Assembly (NCBI GenBank): GCA_951804945.1
Contig: OX638156.1
Coordinates: 50,778,001-50,842,000 of the forward strand
DNA: 64,000 nt
Source: Podarcis cretensis
Taxonomy: Eukaryota
Direction: 5' to 3'
Shown: one piece after another, positions 63,590 to 64,000 of the stretch
Layout: each line of letters opens with the position of its first letter
Position numbering within the stretch: the first letter of the stretch is position 1
Notes under the pieces: model-generated
What the model was told of the DNA's origin: nothing
Database searches by the model: none
The model's input: the letters and a program-made list of their open reading frames with translations, nothing else
Position numbers and translations under genes: made by a program

Positions 63590-64000
63590 CTACAAGGAAG
63601 GAAATGTGGCAATGAGTGACTGCCAAGTAGTCCAAGGGAGAACAAGCATGTGCCAATCTGAACCTGGCAGGGTTGAAGAGAAAGGGCAGGTGAACCTGGA
63701 AGTGTCCTAGAGGCTCCAAATCAGGCAGTGGACTTCTCCATTGCTAGAATGGGGTAGAGCAGAGGAGTCTTCCCTCACTGCTCTAAACTGCTGCATCTAA
63801 TCCATACATTTTCATAACACGAGGCCCATTTATCCCAGGAGAAGGAATCCTCAGGCTTGGGGGTTGAATGCAGCTCTCCAGGCCTATGTACCTGACCCTC
63901 AATACTCTCCCTAGGTCACCTCTCACTGGTCATTTCACATAGGCCAGGCATGTTTTTGCCTTGCTGGAATGTGTCTTTAAATTCTGATAATGCCTCCTGC

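Overview
Vertebrate genomic DNA from a squamate reptile, probably a lacertid lizard (inferred from a full-length Sauria SINE and Squam3-like SINEs). It carries the conserved block UTP4(-) / CHTF8(+) / HAS3(-) / TANGO6(-), the same gene neighbourhood as human 16q22.1. All exons were resolved by hand from GT-AG sites and reading-frame continuity. UTP4 has coding exons 1-11 here (8846 down to 42) and runs off the left edge. CHTF8 is complete (117 aa) and shares a CpG-island bidirectional promoter with UTP4. HAS3 is complete (548 aa), with a ~4 kb 3'UTR meeting CHTF8 tail-to-tail. The last 10 exons of TANGO6 (~600 aa) span 63589 to 32020. Introns and intergenic DNA are rich in SINEs, CR1 fragments and hAT or Tc1/mariner MITEs. 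The most unusual sequences are two fold-back Penelope-like retroelement remnants carrying minimal hammerhead-ribozyme motifs, one in a UTP4 intron and one just upstream of the HAS3 promoter. Other points of note are converging poly(A) signals between CHTF8 and HAS3, no DERPC-like ORF, and nested transposon insertions. Apart from ORFs overlapping these exons, the supplied ORF track looks spurious. I found no convincing novel protein-coding system.
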